Shown here one piece after another: positions 61,367-64,000 of a DNA stretch of 64,000 bases. The stretch covers positions 189,255-253,254 of the forward strand of contig NMRA01000184.1 of NCBI GenBank assembly GCA_002633005.1, given 5' to 3'. This DNA comes from Phoronis australis (Eukaryota > Animalia > Phoronida). Position 1 is the stretch's first letter; the number at the start of each line of letters is the position of its first letter. The position numbers and the translations under genes were made by a program. The notes under the pieces were generated by a model. It did no database searches. It was not told where the DNA came from and saw only the letters and a list, made by a program, of their open reading frames with translations.

Positions 61367-64000
61367 CTGTTGCATGACATACAGCACATATCAAAAATTT
61401 ACGTGAACCAAATATATGGATGTATTAATTATACTTCAGCACTAAAAATGAACAATTGTTACAATAAACAAACACACGCCAAGCTAATATCTTGCGGAAA
61501 CAATGGTGACAAATTTAGGACCAACAATTTGACAAGCAGTGTAAACCTCATTCTTTATGTTTTACTGTTTTCCGATGTCAGCGACACTTTCAAAAGGATT
61601 ACCAATGTTTACAAGGCTATTAAGCAGTGTTCTGATGTACACCAGTTACCGTTAAAAAATGGCATTGACTTGTTCCTTAATTGCACGAGTGATTTCTGGG
61701 TTTGCAAAGAAGTGGCAGTTGGTAATTCCTTGAGATCACCCTCGGTGCACAAGATGACACGCTGCCACAAGAACTTGATCTCAAGCAATAATAAACTCCC
61801 AGTTCTTTGACAACACTTAAATCACTTATAATTTCACTAAGGGACAGTTCCAGAACAATTTGTAATGGCTAGTGGTCTTTTTACGCTACTGATTAACAGC
61901 TGTATCAAACAAAACAAAAATGCAGCAGAAATAAAATTTTTTATCTAGTTATTTGATGGACTGTTACTAATTCTTTGAATTGTAAATAAAACAATGAAAC
62001 CTAGTCAAATGGTTCCAGCTTGTATAAAACTTCTTCCAATGAACATGCTGTTAAAACAAGCTACTTTTTCAGCTTAAAAGTTGACTTGGTTGAACAAAAA
62101 AAAAACAGAACAAATACATTAAAAGTTTTCTAATTTGAATATGTCCAAAAGGTTACAAATTCAAAATGCAAAAACACTGATTAAAGAAAAGACGTAACTT
62201 TGTCAGAAACGATGGGACAAACTATGTACACCAAATACACAGAATACAGGGAAAATACTACTGGTTAGTTCTTTCCAGAAGATGGAAAAGCACAACACAA
62301 AGTAAGAGAGCACTAACCATTTACCAACACATAAGCCAACACAGACAATACACCGCCCCCTGGGGTCGAACACAGTAACTACACACTAACATAGCTGAGT
62401 TGGATCAGCTGGTCAAGAGGTCATGATGATGGTTCTTCACAATATCACAATTTTTAACATGAGAAAGTACTTCTCAATAGTTCTATGCCTTGTGTTATTA
62501 CAAACAGCCCAATTTAAAATGTAACTAACTATGGATTCTACTGAAGTTTCGAAAGCAGTGAAAAAACAGTATTGAGCAAGAAATGACAGATATTAACTTA
62601 CAAAATTCACATATCACTTTAAAAAAATCACACAACATAAGAAATTTGCATCTGAACAAAAAGTAAATAATTAGAAGTGCACTGAAAATATTCATCGTTG
62701 AAGACTTTCCGAAAACGAAACCCAGTACAATTCTAGAAACATTCAGTCCTCACTATCTTATAAGACATTCAATGAACTTCCAACCTCTTCATGGCTAATA
62801 GGTCAAACCAGTCATTGAAAGGTGTTTATTTTTAACTTTACCAGAATTCATGTTGACATTTGTGCAACTTGACAATGAAATCAAAAAACTTTTTAATTTC
62901 AAAATAAACTCAGCTAATGAATCAACTACTGTCCACATCCTTCAAATCAAACCAATACGAAACTGAGTCACCATGCAAAACTGTAGTCATTTATCATGGT
63001 CATGTCAAACAGTTGATAACGTTCCTATCAGAAAAATCACCAAACACAATATTTATTAGTTCCCTTTTACCAAATTTCTCCAAGTTATACACCAATGACT
63101 TAACTTCATTTCAAACTTATTTGCCTCTTTTTCCCCACCAGTTATTCACAAGGCCACATTTCCTATCTAACCTACCAACATAATGGTTTATTTATAAGAC
63201 CTAGACTTCATTATCATAAAAGTAGTCCCGGCAGGCAAGCTGTGTATGCCAGTTCCTGAGCGCACAAAGGCCAGTGTAAATCGATGTATGTACAGAGCCT
63301 GGCTCACAGCTCTTCACACAAATACCAATTTGAATTCTACCGCTGAATGATGTTTTTAAAGACATCTATAGTTTAAAGCTAATCACTCATTGGGCAATTG
63401 CTGGAGGTTACACATCAGAGGACTTCCTGATTAAGCCAGACTATAAAATGGTCATGGCTTCAAATAGAAATGGCTAACCAGTGAAATTTTAAAGGGGTCA
63501 GAGACAAAGAATTGAACACACAAACACATAGGTTAATTAACCAGTGCCAGTGAATTATCATAGGTGAACCAAATTTAAGGGGGCTAGGTTTTTGGAATTA
63601 AGTCGGCTGCTAATGCCACCTAGGACTGGCTGGAACATAACATCCTACACAGGAACTGGAAGACTGGACAATAATATAAAAACACAACACACTAAACAAC
63701 AGGCTATTTTCAGTTGCATGTTTTTTGATACCCAACAGATTTAAACACTGCTCAATCACCACACATCGAATGAATCAGCGCACCGGCGTGTTTTTCACGT
63801 CAACACGAAAACAACTCAAAACCAGAAACGGAACTACAAACACGAAATAGCAAAACAGCCAATATCGCAGAGGTTATAGAAAATTACAAACAAAACCATA
63901 ATCTTGAGTTATTAAATAAAAAAGCAGCATAGGTGCAAACTTACAGGTAAGTCAGGATTTTCATAAGATGGGGGTGCCACAAGCTGGCCTCGACTAGAAT

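Noticed and set aside
61370-61810. 146-aa + strand ORF
   Set aside because: Antisense within an ARID1 intron, with no homology cues or splice structure.

Overview
This is intron-rich, AT-rich animal genomic DNA, probably from a marine invertebrate such as a lophotrochozoan (the taxon is inferred, not shown). It holds three spliced genes that I rebuilt exon by exon with consistent intron phases. (1) EVA1C-like SUEL-lectin membrane protein on +: six exons at 5867-33485, 5' end outside the window. (2) A complete CFAP298/C21orf59 (kurly) gene on -: seven coding exons at 38726-43655, 290 aa, one GC-AG intron and an upstream exon near 44426. (3) ARID1/osa SWI/SNF subunit on -: twelve exons at 47246-61366, 5' end outside the window. 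Introns and UTRs carry many non-autonomous transposons (Harbinger-like, Tc1/mariner-like and hAT/MULE-like MITEs, two Helentron-type elements, SINE relics), microsatellites and a 544-N gap. I see no prokaryote-style system (CRISPR, defence, phage) and cannot claim a new biological system. The best leads are: the convergent EVA1C/CFAP298 pair, which mirrors human chr21, with head-on poly(A) signals 18 nt apart; an in-frame signal-peptide-like segment that could give a one-lectin EVA1C isoform; a 5-nt acceptor choice in CFAP298 that switches an upstream ATG between N-terminal extension and overlapping uORF; and a Helentron-type element with phased CTCF-like motifs between the convergent genes.
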